Assembly: GCA_964016885.1 (NCBI GenBank)
Contig: OZ024740.1
Location: 142,414,001 to 142,478,000, forward strand
DNA length: 64,000 nt
Origin: Eledone cirrhosa
Taxonomy: Eukaryota
Direction: 5' to 3'
Below, in pieces: positions 12,101 through 28,300 of this stretch. Within the stretch, counting starts at the first letter, position 1, and every line of letters begins with the position of its first letter. The notes below the pieces were generated by a model. It ran no database searches. It saw nothing but the letters and a program-made list of their open reading frames with translations, and had not been told where the DNA came from. The translations under genes were made by a program, and so were the position numbers.

Positions 12101-14400
12101 CCATCAACAAGACCACCATCAACAACACCGCTATCAACAACACCACCATCAACAACACCACCATCAACAACATCACCATCAACAACACCACCAACAACAA
12201 CATCAACATCAACAACACCATCATCAACAACATCACGATCATCAACATCACCATTAACAACACCACCATCAACAACACCACCATCAACAACACCATCATC
12301 AACAACATCACCATCATCAACATCACCATCAACAACACCACCATCAACAACACCACCATTAACAACAACATCAACAACACCACTATCAACACCACCATCA
12401 GCAACACCACCATCAACAGCATCACCACCATCAACAACATCACCATCAACAACATCACCATCAACAACATCACCATTAACGACAACATCAACAACACCAC
12501 TATCAACATCACCATCAACAACACCACCATCAACAACACCACCATCAACAACACCACCATCAACAACACCACCATCAACAACACCACCATCATCAACATC
12601 ACCATAAACAACACCATCATCAACAACACTACCATCAACAACACCACCATCAACAACACCAACATTAACAACGCCACCATCAACAACAACACCATCAACA
12701 ACATCACCATCAACAACATCACCATCAACAAGACCACCATCAACAACACCGCCATCAACAACACCACCATCAACAACACCACCATCAACAACATCACCAT
12801 CAACAACACCACCAACAACAACATCAACATCAACAACACCATCATCAACAACATCACGATCATCAACATCACCATTAACAACACCACCATCAACAACACC
12901 ACCATCAACAACACCATCATCAACAACATCACCATCATCAACATCACCATCAACAACACCACCATCAACAACACCACCATTAACAACAACATCAACAACA
13001 CCACTATCAACACCACCATCAGCAACACCACCATCAACAGCATCACCACCATCAACAACATCACCATCAACAACATCACCATCAACAACATCACCATTAA
13101 CAACAACATCAACAACACCACTATCAACATCACCATCAACAACACCACCATCAACAACACCACCATCAACAACACCACCATTAACAACACCACCATCAAC
13201 AACACCACCATCATCAACATCACCATAAACAACACCATCATCAACAACACTACCATCAACAACACCACCATCAACAACACCAACATTAACAACACCACCA
13301 TCAACAACACCACCATCAACAACATCACCATCAACAACATCACCATCAACAACATCACCATCAACAACACCACCATCAACAACATCAACATCAACAACAT
13401 CACCATCAACAACACCACCATCAACAACATCACCATCAACAACACCACCATCAACAACACCACCATCAACAACATCACCATCAACAACATCACCAGCAAC
13501 AACATCACCATTAACAACACCACCATCAACAACACCACCATCAACAACATCAACATCAACAACATCACCATCAACAACACCACCATCAACAACATCACCA
13601 TCAACAACACCACCATCAACAACACCACCATCAACAACATCACCATCAACAACATCACCAGCAACATCATCACCATTAACAACACCACCATCAACAACAC
13701 CACCATCAACAACATCAACATCAACAACATCACCATCAACAACACCACCATCAACAACATCACCATCAACAACACCACCATCAACAACACCACCATCAAC
13801 AACACCACCATCAACAACATCACCATCAACAACACCACCATCAACAACACCACCATCAACAACACCGCCATCAACAACATCACCATCAACAACACCACCA
13901 TCAACAACATCACCATCAACAACACCACCATCAACAACACCACCAACAACAACGCCACCATCAACAACACCACCATCAACAACACCACCATCAACATCAC
14001 CATCAACAACATCACCATCAACAACATCACCATCAACAACATCACCATCAACAGCATCACCATCAACAACACCACCATCAACAACATCACCATCAACAAC
14101 ACCACCATCAACAACATCACCATCAACACCACCACCATCAACAACACCACCATCAACAACACCACCATCAACAATACCACCATCAACAACACCACCATCA
14201 ACAACACCACCATCAACAATACCACCATCCACAACATCACCATCAACAACACCACCATCAGCAACACCAGCATTAACAACACCACCATCAACAACACCAC
14301 CATCAACAACACCACCATCAACAACATCAACATCAACAACATCACCATCAACAACACCACCATCAACAACACCACCATCAACAACACCATCATCAACAAC
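9150..14400. repeat. 2589-bp higher-order tandem duplication, each copy containing a 621-bp internal duplication
   Basis: Marker CCATGAAC has its G at 9231 and 11820. CCGCTATC has its G at 9541 and 12130. TCACGATC has its G at 9648/10269 and 12237/12858. Confidence 0.85.
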
Positions 14401-17400
14401 ACCACCATTAACAACATCACCATCAACAACACCACCATCAACAACACCACCATCAACAACATCACCATCAACAACACCACCATCAACACCACCACCATCA
14501 ACAACATCACCATCAACAACATCACCATCAACAACATCACCATCAACAGCATCACCATCAACAACACCACCATCAACAACACCACAATCACCAACACCAC
14601 CATCAACAACACCACCATCAACAACATCACCATCAACAACACCACCATCAACAACACCAACATCAACAACATCACCATCATCAACACCACCATCAACAAC
14701 ACTACCATCAACAACACCACCATCAACAACACCACAAACACCAACACCACAATCACCAACACCACCATCAACAACACCACCATCAACAACATCACCATCA
14801 ACAACATCACCATCAATAACACCAACATCAAAAAACCACCATCAACAACATCACCATCAACAACACCACCATCAACAACACCACCATCAACAAACTCACC
14901 AACAACAACATCAACAACACCACCATAAACAACACCACCATCAACAACACCACCATAAACAACACCACCATCAACAACACCGCCATCAACACCACCACCA
15001 TCAACACCACCAACATCAACAACATCACCATCATCAACACCACCATCAACAACATCACCATCAACAACACCACCAACAAAAACATCACCATCAACAACAT
15101 CACCAACAACAACATCACCATCAACAACATCACCATCAACAACATCACCATCAACAACATCACCATCAACAACATCACCATCAACAACACCACCATCAAC
15201 AACATCACCATCAAAAACATCACCATCAACAAGACCACCATCAACAACATCAACATCAACAACACCACCATCAACAACACCACCATCAACAACATCACCA
15301 TCAACAACATCAACATCAACAACACCACCAACAACAACATCAACATCAACAACACCATCATCAACAACATCACCATCATCAACATCACCATCAACAACAC
15401 CACCATCAACAACACCACCATCAACAACATCACCATCAACAACACCACCAACAACAACATCAACATCAACAACACCATCATCAACAACATCACCATCATC
15501 AACATCACCATCAACAACACCACCATCAACAACACCACCATCAACAACACCATCATCAACAACATCACCATCATCAACGTCACCATCAACAACACCACCA
15601 TCAACAACACCACCATCAACAACATCACCATCAACAACACCATCATCAACAACATCACCATCATCAACATCACCATCAACAACACCGCCATCAACAACAC
15701 CACCATCAACAACACCACCATCAACAACATCACCATCAACAACACCACCAACAACAACATCAACATCAACAACACCATCATCAACAACATCACCATCATC
15801 AACATCACCATCAACAACACCACCATCAACAACACCACCATCAACAACACCATCATCAACAACATCACCATCAACAACACCACCATCAACAACACCACCA
15901 TCAACAACATCACCATTAACAACAACATCAACAACACCACTATCAACATCACCATCAACAACACCACCATCAACAACACCACCATCAACAACACCACCAT
16001 CAACAACACCACCATCAACAACACCACCATCTACAACACCACCAACAACACCACCATCAACAGCACCACCATCAACAACACCACCATCAACAACATCACC
16101 ATCATCAACACCACCATCAACAACACCACCATCAACAACACCACCATCAACAACATCACCATCAACAACACCACCATCAACAACATCACCATCAACAACA
16201 CCACCATCAACAACATCACCATCAACAACTTCACCATCAACAACACCACCATCAACAACATCACCATCAACAAGACCACCATCAACAACACCACCAACAA
16301 CATCACCATCAACAACACCACCATCAACAACATCACCATCAACAACACCACCATCAACAACACCACCATCAACAACATCACAATCAACAACACCAACATC
16401 AACAACATCACCATCAACAACATCACCATCAACAACACCACCATCAACAACATCACCATCATCAACACCACCATCAACAACATCACCATCAACAACATCA
16501 CCATCAACAACATCACCATCAACAACATCACCATCAACAACATCACCATCATCAACACCACCATCAACAACATCACCATCAACAACACCACCATCAACAA
16601 CATCACCATCATCAACACCACCATTAACAACACCACCATCAACAACATCACCATCAACAACATCACCATCAACAACACCACCATCAACAACATCACCATC
16701 ATCAACACCACCATCAACAACATCACCATCAACAACATGACCATCAACAACATCACCATCATCAACACCACCAACAACGCCACCACCATCAACAACACCA
16801 CCATCAACAACACCACCATCAACAACACCACCATCAACAACATCACCATCAACAACATCACCATCAACAACACCACCATCAACAACACCACCATCAACAA
16901 CACCACCATCAACAACATCACCATCAACAACACCACCATCAACAACACCACCATCAACAACATCACCATCAACAACACCACCATCAACAAAACCACCATC
17001 AACAACACCACCATCATCAACACCACCATCAACAGCATCACCATCAACAACACCACCATCAACAACTTCACCATCAACAACACCACCATCAACAACACCA
17101 AAATCAACAACATCACCATCAACAACACCACCATCAACAACATCACCATTAACAACACCACCATCAAAAACATCACCATCAACAACACAACCATCAACAA
17201 CATCACCATCAACAACATCACCATCAACAACACCACCATCAAAAACATCACCATCAACAACACCACCATTAACAACACCACCATCAACAACATCACCATC
17301 AACAACACCACCATCAACAACATCACCATCAACAACACCACCATCAACAACATCACGATCAACAACATCACCATCAACAACACCACCATCAACAACACCA

Positions 17401-19029
17401 CCATCAACAACATCACCATCAACAACACCACCATCAACAACACCACCATCAACAACATCACAATCAACAACACCAACATCAACAACATCACCATCAACAA
17501 CACCACCATCAACAACACCACCATCAACAACACCACCATCAACAACATCACCATCATCAACACCACCATCAACAACATCACCATCAACAACATCACCATC
17601 AACAACATCACCATCAACAACATCACCATCAACAACATCACCATCAACAACATCACCATCAACAACACCAGCATCAACAACATCACCATCAACAACATCA
17701 CCATCAACAACATCACCATCAACAACACCACCATCAACAACATCACCATCAACAACATCACCATCAACAACACCACCATCAACAACACCACCATCAACAA
17801 CACCACCATCAACAACACCACCATCAACAACACCACCATCAACAACACCACCATCAACAACATCACCATCAACAACATCACCATCAACAACATCACCAAC
17901 AACAACATCACCATCAACAACATCACCATCAACAACACCACCATCAACAACACCACCATCAACAACATCACCATCAACAACACCACCATCAACAACATCA
18001 CCATCAACAACACCACCATCAACAACACCACCATCAACAACATCACAATCAACAACACCAACATCAACAACATCACCATCAACAACACCACCATCAACAA
18101 CACCACCATCAACAACACCACCATCAACAACATCACCATCATCAACACCACCATCAACAACATCACCATCAACAACATGACCATCAACAACATCACCATC
18201 AACAACATCACCATCAACAACACCACCATCAACAACATCACCATCAACAACATCACCAACAACAACACCACCATCAACAACATCACCATCAACAACACCA
18301 CCATCAACAACATCACCAACCACAACACCACCATCAACAACATCACCATCAACAACACCACCATCAACAACATCACCATCAACAACACCACCATCAACAA
18401 CATCACCATCAACAACACCACCATCAACAACACCACCATCAACAACACCACCATCAACAACACCACCATCAACAACACCACCATCAACAACACCACCATC
18501 AACAACACCACCATCAACAACGCCACCATCAACAACGCCACCATCAACAACACCACCATCAACAACACCACCATCAACAACATCACCATCAACAACATCA
18601 CCATCAACAACATCACCATCAACAACACCACCATCAACAACACCACCATCAACAACACCACCATCAACAACATCACCATCAACAACACCACCATCAACAA
18701 CATCACCATCAACAACACCACCATCAACAACATCACCATCAACAACTACACCATCAACAACACAACCATCAACAACACTACCATCAACAACACCACCATC
18801 AACAACACCACCATCAACAACACCACCATCAACAACATCACCATCAACAACACCACCATCAACAACACCACCATCAACAACACCACCATCAACAACACCA
18901 CCATCAACAACACCACCATCAACAACACCACCATCAACAACACCACCATCAACAACACCACCATCAACAACACCACCATCAACAACACCACCATCAACAA
19001 CACCACCATCAACAACACCACCATCAACA

Positions 19030-21150
19030 ACATCACCATCATCAACACCACCATCAACAACATCACCATCAACAACATCACCATCAACAACATCACCATC
19101 AACAACACCACCATCAACAACCCCACCATCAACAACACCACCATCAACAACACCACCATCAACAACACCACCATCAACAACACCACCATCAACAACATCA
19201 CCATCATCAACACCTCCATCAACAACATCACCATCAACAACATCACCATCAACAACATCACCAACAACAACACCACCATCAACAACATCACCATCAACAA
19301 CATCACCATCATCAACACCTCCATCAACAACACCACCATCAACAACATCACCATCAACAACATCACCATCAACAACACCACCATCAACAACATCACCATC
19401 AACAACACCACCATCAGCAACACCACCATCAACAACATCACCATCAACAACATCACCATCAACAACATCACCAACAACAACACCACCATCAACAACATCA
19501 CCATCAACAACACCACCATCAACAACATCACCATCAACAACACCACCATCAACAACATCACCATCAACAACATCACCATCAACAACACCACCATCAACAA
19601 CACCACCATCAACAACATCACCATCAACAACATCACCATCATCAACACCTCCATCAACAACACCACCATCAACAACATCACCATCAACAACATCACCATC
19701 AACAACACCACCATCAACAACATCACCATCAACAACACCACCATCAGCAACACCACCATCAACAACATCACCATCAACAACACCACCATCAACAACATCA
19801 CCATCAACAACATCACCATCATCAACACCACCATCAACAACATCACCATCAACAACATCACCATCAACAACATCACCATCAACAACATCACCATCAACAA
19901 CACCACCATCATCAACACCACCATCAACAACATCACCATCAACAACACCACCATCAACAACATCACCATCATCAACACCTCCATCAACAACATCACCATC
20001 AACAACATCACCATCAACAACATCACCATCATCAACACCACCAACAACGCCACCACCATCAACAACACCACCATCAACAACACCACCATCAACAACATCA
20101 CCATCATCAACACCACCATCAACAACATCACCATCAACAACATCACCATCAACAACATCACCATCAACAACACCACCATCAACAACACCACCATCAACAA
20201 CACCACCATCAACAACACCACCATCAACAACACCACCATCAACAACACCACCATCAACAACATCACCATCATCAACACCTCCATCAACAACATCACCATC
20301 AACAACATCACCATCAACAACATCACCAACAACAACACCACCATCAACAACATCACCATCAACAACATCACCATCATCAACACCTCCATCAACAACACCA
20401 CCATCAACAACATCACCATCAACAACATCACCATCAACAACACCACCATCAACAACATCACCATCAACAACACCACCATCAGCAACACCACCATCAACAA
20501 CATCACCATCAACAACATCACCATCAACAACATCACCAACAACAACACCACCATCAACAACATCACCATCAACAACACCACCATCAACAACATCACCATC
20601 AACAACACCACCATCAACAACATCACCATCAACAACATCACCATCAACAACACCACCATCAACAACACCACCATCAACAACATCACCATCAACAACATCA
20701 CCATCATCAACACCTCCATCAACAACACCACCATCAACAACATCACCATCAACAACATCACCATCAACAACACCACCATCAACAACATCACCATCAACAA
20801 CACCACCATCAGCAACACCACCATCAACAACATCACCATCAACAACACCACCATCAACAACATCACCATCAACAACATCATCATCATCAACACCACCATC
20901 AACAACATCACCATCAACAACATCACCATCAACAACATCACCATCAACAACATCACCATCAACAACACCACCATCATCAACACCACCATCAACAACATCA
21001 CCATCAACAACACCACCATCAACAACATCACCATCATCAACACCTCCATCAACAACATCACCATCAACAACATCACCATCAACAACATCACCATCATCAA
21101 CACCACCAACAACGCCACCACCATCAACAACACCACCATCAACAACACCA
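19030..21150. repeat. 1065-bp higher-order tandem duplication
   Basis: CACCTCC has its T at 19215 and 20280. AACGCC has its G at 20049 and 21114. Confidence 0.8.
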
Positions 21151-22199
21151 CCATCAACAACACCACCATCAACAACATCACCATCAACAACATCACCATC
21201 AACAACATCACCATCAACAACACCACCATCAACAACACCACCATCAACAACACCACCATCAACAACATCACCATCAACAACACCACCATCAACAACACCA
21301 CCATCAACAACATCACCATCAACAACACCACCATCAATAACACCACCATCAATATCATCACCATCAACAACATCACCATCAACAACACCACCATCAACAA
21401 CACCACCATCAACAACATCACCATCAACAACACCACCATCAATAACACCACCATCAACAACACCACCATCAACAACATCACCACCAACAACATCACCACC
21501 AACAACATCACCATCAACAACATCACCACCAACAACATCACCATCAACAACACCACCATCAACAACACCACCATCAACAACACCACCATCAACAACATCA
21601 CCATCAACAACACCACCATCAATAACACCACCATCAACAACACCACCATCAACAACATCACCACCAACAACATCACCATCAACAACACCACCATCAAAAC
21701 ACCACCATCAACAACACCACCATCAACAACATCACCATCAACAACACCACCATCAACAACACCACCATCAACAACACCACCATCAACAACACCACCATCA
21801 ACAAAATCACCATTAACAACAACTTCAACAACATCACCATCAACAACACCAACATCAACAACATCAACAACACCACCATCAACAACACCACCATCAACAA
21901 CACCACCATCAACAACATCACCATCAACAACACCACCATCAACAAAATCACCATCAACAACAACACCATCAACAACACAACCATCAACAACACCACCATC
22001 AACAACACCACCATCAACAACACCATCAACAACACCACACCATCAACAACACCACCATCAACAACCCCATCAACAACACCACCATCAACAACACCACCAT
22101 CAACACCACCACAACATCACCATCAACAACACCACCATCAACAACACCACCATCACAACACCACCATCAACAACACCACCATCAACAACACCACCATCA

Positions 22200-25100
22200 A
22201 CACACCACCATCAACACCGCCATCAACAACACCACCATCAACAACACCACCATCAACAACACCACCATCAACAACATCACCAACAACAACATCACCATCA
22301 ACAACACCACCATCAACAACACCACCATCAACAACACCACCATCAACAACATCACCATCAACACCACCACCATCAACAACATCACCATCAACAACACCAC
22401 CATCAACAACACCACCATCAACACCGCCATCAACAACACCACCATCAACAACACCACCATCAACAACACCACCATCAACAACATCACCAACAACAACACC
22501 ACCATCAACACCGCCATCAACAACACCACCATCAACAACACCACCATCAACAACACCACCATCAACAACATCACCAACAACAACACCACCATCAACAACA
22601 CCACCATCAACAACACCACCATCAACAACACCACCATCAACAACATCACCAACAACAACATCACCATCAACAACACCACCATCAACAACACCACCATCAA
22701 CAACACCACCATCAACAACATCACCATCAACACCACCATCAACAACACCACCATCAACAACACCACCATCAACAACACCACCATCAACAACATCACCATC
22801 AACACCACCACCATCAACAACATCACCATCAACAACACCACCATCAACAACACCACCATCAACACCGCCATCAACAACACCACCATCAACAACATCACCA
22901 TCAACGCCACCACCATCAACAACATCACCATCAACGCCACCACCATCAACAACACCACCATCAACAACACCACCATCAACAACACCACCATCAACAACAT
23001 CACCAACAACAACACCACCATCAACACCGCCATCAACAACACCACCATCAACAACACCACCATCAACAACACCACCATCAACAACACCACCATCAACAAC
23101 ACCACCATCAACAACATCACCAACAACAACACCACCATCAACAACACCACCATCAACAACACCACCATCAACAACATCACCAACAACAACATCACCATCA
23201 ACAACACCACCATCAACAACACCACCATCAACAACACCACCATCAACAACATCACCATCAACACCGCCATCAACAACACCACCATCAACAACACCACCAT
23301 CAACAACACCACCATCAACAACATCACCAACAACAACACCACCAACAACAACACCACCATCAACACCGCCATCAACAACACCACCATCAACAACACCACC
23401 ATCAACAACACCACCATCAACAACATCACCACAACAACACCACCATCAACAACACCACCATCAACAACACCACCAACAACAACATCACCATCAACAACAC
23501 CACCATCAACAACATCACCATTAACAATAACATCAACAACACCACCATCAACAAAATCACCATCAACAACAACACCATCAACAACACAACCATCAACAAC
23601 ACCACCATCAACAACACCACCATCAACAACATCACCATCAACACCACCACCATCAACAACATCACCATCAACAACACCACCATCAACAACATCGCCATCA
23701 ACAACATCACCAACAACAACATCACCATCAACAACACCACCATCAACAACACCACCATCAACAACACCACCATCAACAACATCACCATCAACACCAACAC
23801 CATCAACAACATCACCATCAACAACACCACCATCAACAACACCACCATCAACACCGCCATCAACAACACCACCATCAACAACACCACCATCAACAACACC
23901 ACCATCAACAACATCACCAACAACAACATCACCATCAACAACACCACCATCAACACCACCACCATCAACAACATCACCATCAACAACATCACCATCAACA
24001 CCACCACCATCAACAACATCACCATCATAAACACCACCATCAACAACACCACCATCAACACCGCCATCAACAACACCACCATCAACAACACCACCATCAA
24101 CAACACCACCATCAACAACATCACCAACAACAACACCACCATCAACACCGCCATCAACAACACCACCATCAACAACACCACCATCAACAACACCACCATC
24201 AACAACATCACCAACAACAACACCACCATCAACAACACCACCATCAACAACACCACCATCAACAACACCACCATCAACAACATCACCAACAACAACATCA
24301 CCATCAACAACACCACCATCAACAACACCACCATCAACAACACCACCATCAACAACATCACCATCAACACCACCATCAACAACACCACCATCAACAACAC
24401 CACCATCAACAACATCACCATCAACACCACCACCATCAACAACATCACCATCAACAACACCACCATCAACAACACCACCATCAACACCGCCATCAACAAC
24501 ACCACCATCAACAACATCACCATCGACGCCACCACCATCAACAACATCACCATCAACGCCACCACCATCAACAACACCACCATCAACAACACCACCATCA
24601 ACAACACCACCATCAACAACATCACCAACAACAACACCACCATCAACACCGCCATCAACAACACCACCATCAACAACACCACCATCAACAACACCACCAT
24701 CAACAACACCACCATCAACAACACCACCATCAACAACATCACCAACAACAACACCACCATCAACAACACCACCATCAACAACACCACCATCAACAACACC
24801 ACCATCAACAACACCACCATCAACAACACCACCATCAACAACATCACCAACAACAACATCACCATCAACAACACCACCATCAACAACACCACCATCAACA
24901 ACACCACCATCAACAACATCACCATCAACACCGCCATCAACAACACCACCATCAACAACACCACCATCAACAACACCACCATCAACAACATCACCAACAA
25001 CAACACCACCAACAACAACACCACCATCAACACCGCCATCAACAACACCACCATCAACAACACCACCATCAACAACACCACCATCAACAACATCACCAAC

Positions 25101-25390
25101 AACAACACCACCATCAACAACACCACCATCAACAACACCACCAACAACAACATCACCATCAACAACACCACCATCAACAACATCACCATTAACAATAACA
25201 TCAACAACACCACCATCAACAAAATCACCATCAACAACAACACCATCAACAACACAACCATCAACAACACCACCATCAACAACACCACCATCAACAACAT
25301 CACCATCAACACCACCACCATCAACAACATCACCATCAACAACACCACCATCAACAACACCACCATCAACAACATCGCCATCAACAACAC
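22200..25390. repeat. ~1.67-kb higher-order duplication rich in the ACA-CCG-CCA variant
   Basis: TTAACAATAACATC...ACAAAATCACC...ACACAACC occurs at 23521 and 25189 (1668 bp apart), with matching CCGCCA-rich blocks before each. Confidence 0.7.
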
Positions 25391-28300
25391 CACCATCAAC
25401 AACACCACCATCAACAACACCACCATCAACAACATCACCAACAACAACATCACCATCAACAACATCACCATCAACAACACCACCATCAACAACAACAACA
25501 TCAACAACACCACCATCAACAACACCACCATCAACAACATCACCATCAACAACACCACCATCAACAACATCACCATCAACAACATCACCAACAACAACAC
25601 CACCATCAACAACACCACCATCAACAACACCACCATCAACAACATCACCATCAACAACACCAACATCAACAACACCACTATCAACAACACCACCATCAAC
25701 ACCACCAACACCAACAACATCACAATTAACAACAACTTCAACAACATCATCATCAACAACACCACCATCATTAACATCACCATAAACAACATCAATAACA
25801 CCACCATCAACAACACAACCATCAACAACAGCACCATCAACAACATCACCATCAACAACATCACCATCAACAACACCACCATCAACAACATCACCATAAA
25901 CAACACCACCATCAACAACACCACCATCAACAACACCACCATCAACAACACCACCATCAACAACACCACCATCACCATCATCACCATCAACAACACCACC
26001 ATCAACAACACCACCATCAACAACACCACCATCAACAACACCACCATCAACAACATCACCATCAACAACATCACCATCAACAACACCACCATCAACAACA
26101 TCACCATCAACAACATCACCAACAACAACACCACCATCAACAACACCACCATCAACAACACCACCATCAACAACACCACCATCAACAACACCACCATCAA
26201 CAACATCACCATTAACAACAACATCAATAACACCACCATCAACAACACAACCATCAACAACAGCACCATCAACAACATCACCATCAACAACATCACCACA
26301 ACAACACCACCATCAACAACATCACCATCAACAACACCACCATCAACAACACCACCATCAACAACATCACAATCAACAACACCAACATCAACAACATCAC
26401 CATCAACAACATCACCATCAACAACACCACCATCAACAACATCACCATCAACAACACCACCATCAACAACACCACCATCAACAACATCACAATCAACAAC
26501 ACCAACATCAACAACATCACCATCAACAACATCACCATCAACAACACCACCATCAACAACATCACCATCATCAACACCACCATCAACAACATCACCATCA
26601 ACAACATCACCATCAACAACATCACCATCAACAACATCACCATCAACAACACCACCATCAACAACATCACCATCAACAACATCACCAACAACAACACCAC
26701 CATCAACAACATCACCATCAACATCACCACCATCAACAACATCACCATCAACAACACCACCATCAACAACATCACCATCAACAACATCACCATCAACAAC
26801 ACCACCATCAACAACATCACCATCAACTACACCACCATCAACAACACCACCATCAACAACACCACCATCAACAACATCACCATCAACAACACCACCATCA
26901 ACAACATCACCATCAACAACATCACCAACAACAACACCACCATCAACAACATCACCATCAACAACACCACCATCAACAACATCACCATCAACAACACCAC
27001 CATCAACAACATCACCATCAACAACATCACCATCAACAACACCACCATCAACAACATCACCATCAACAACACCACCATCAACAACACCACCAACAACAAC
27101 ATCACCATCAACAACACCACCATCAACAACATCACCATCAACAACACCACCATCAACAACACCACCATCAACAACATCACAATCAACAACACCAACATCA
27201 ACAACATCACCATCAACAACATCACCATCAACAACACCACCATCAACAACATCACCATCATCAACACCACCATCAACAACATCACCATCAACAACATCAC
27301 CATCAACAACATCACCATCAACAACATCACCATCAACAACATCACCATCATCAACACCACCATCAACATCACCATCAACAACACCACCAACAACAACATC
27401 ACCATCATCAACACCACCATTAACAACACCACCATCAACAACATCACCATCAACAACATCACCATCAACAACACCACCATCAACAACATCACCATCAACA
27501 ACATCACCATCAACAACATCACCATCATCAACACCACCAACAACGCCACCACCATCAACAACACCACCATCAACAACACCACCATCAACAACACCACAAT
27601 CAACAACATCACCATCAACAACATCACCATCAACAACATCACCATCAACAACACCACCATCAACAACACCACCATCAACAACACCACCATCAACAACATC
27701 ACCATCAACAACACCACCATCAACAACACCACCATCAACAACACCACCATCAACATCACCAACAACAACATCACCATCAACAACACCACCATCAATAACA
27801 CCACCATCAATATCATCACCATCAACAACACCACCATCAAAAACACCACCATCAACAACACCACCATCAACAACACCACCATCAACAACATCACCATCAA
27901 CAACACCACCATCAACAACACCACCATCAACAACATCACCATCAACAACACCACCATCAACAACATCACCATCAACAACACCACCATCAATAACACCACC
28001 ATCAATATCATCACCATCAACAACATCACCATCAACAACACCACCATCAACAACACCACCATCAACAACATCACCATCAACAACATCACCATCAACAACA
28101 CCACCATCAATAACACCACCATCAATATCATCGCCATCAACAACATCACCATCAACAACACCACCATCAACAACACCACCATCAACAACACCACCATCAA
28201 CAACATCACCATCAACAACACCACCATCAACAACACCACCATCAACAACATCACCATCAACAACACCACCATCAATAACACCACCATCAATATCATCACC

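Noticed and set aside
4264-14232. 3322-aa minus-strand GGVVD/GDVVD ORF, and similar ORFs at 23426-36400 and 48226-56580
   Set aside because: Pure repeat translation. GGT/GTT/GAT codons need two changes to become stops. There is no unique domain, and -1 deletions shift the phase.
4300-14928. 3542-aa NNTTI ORF, and 16737-30875, 30872-42148, 42145-46881, as hyper-N-glycosylated proteins
   Set aside because: Open by codon construction (AAC/ACC/ATC). The ORFs drift between NTI, PTS and QH registers at indels. The short hydrophobic start MLILIL derives from CTC/ATC microsatellite triplets and is not a credible signal peptide.
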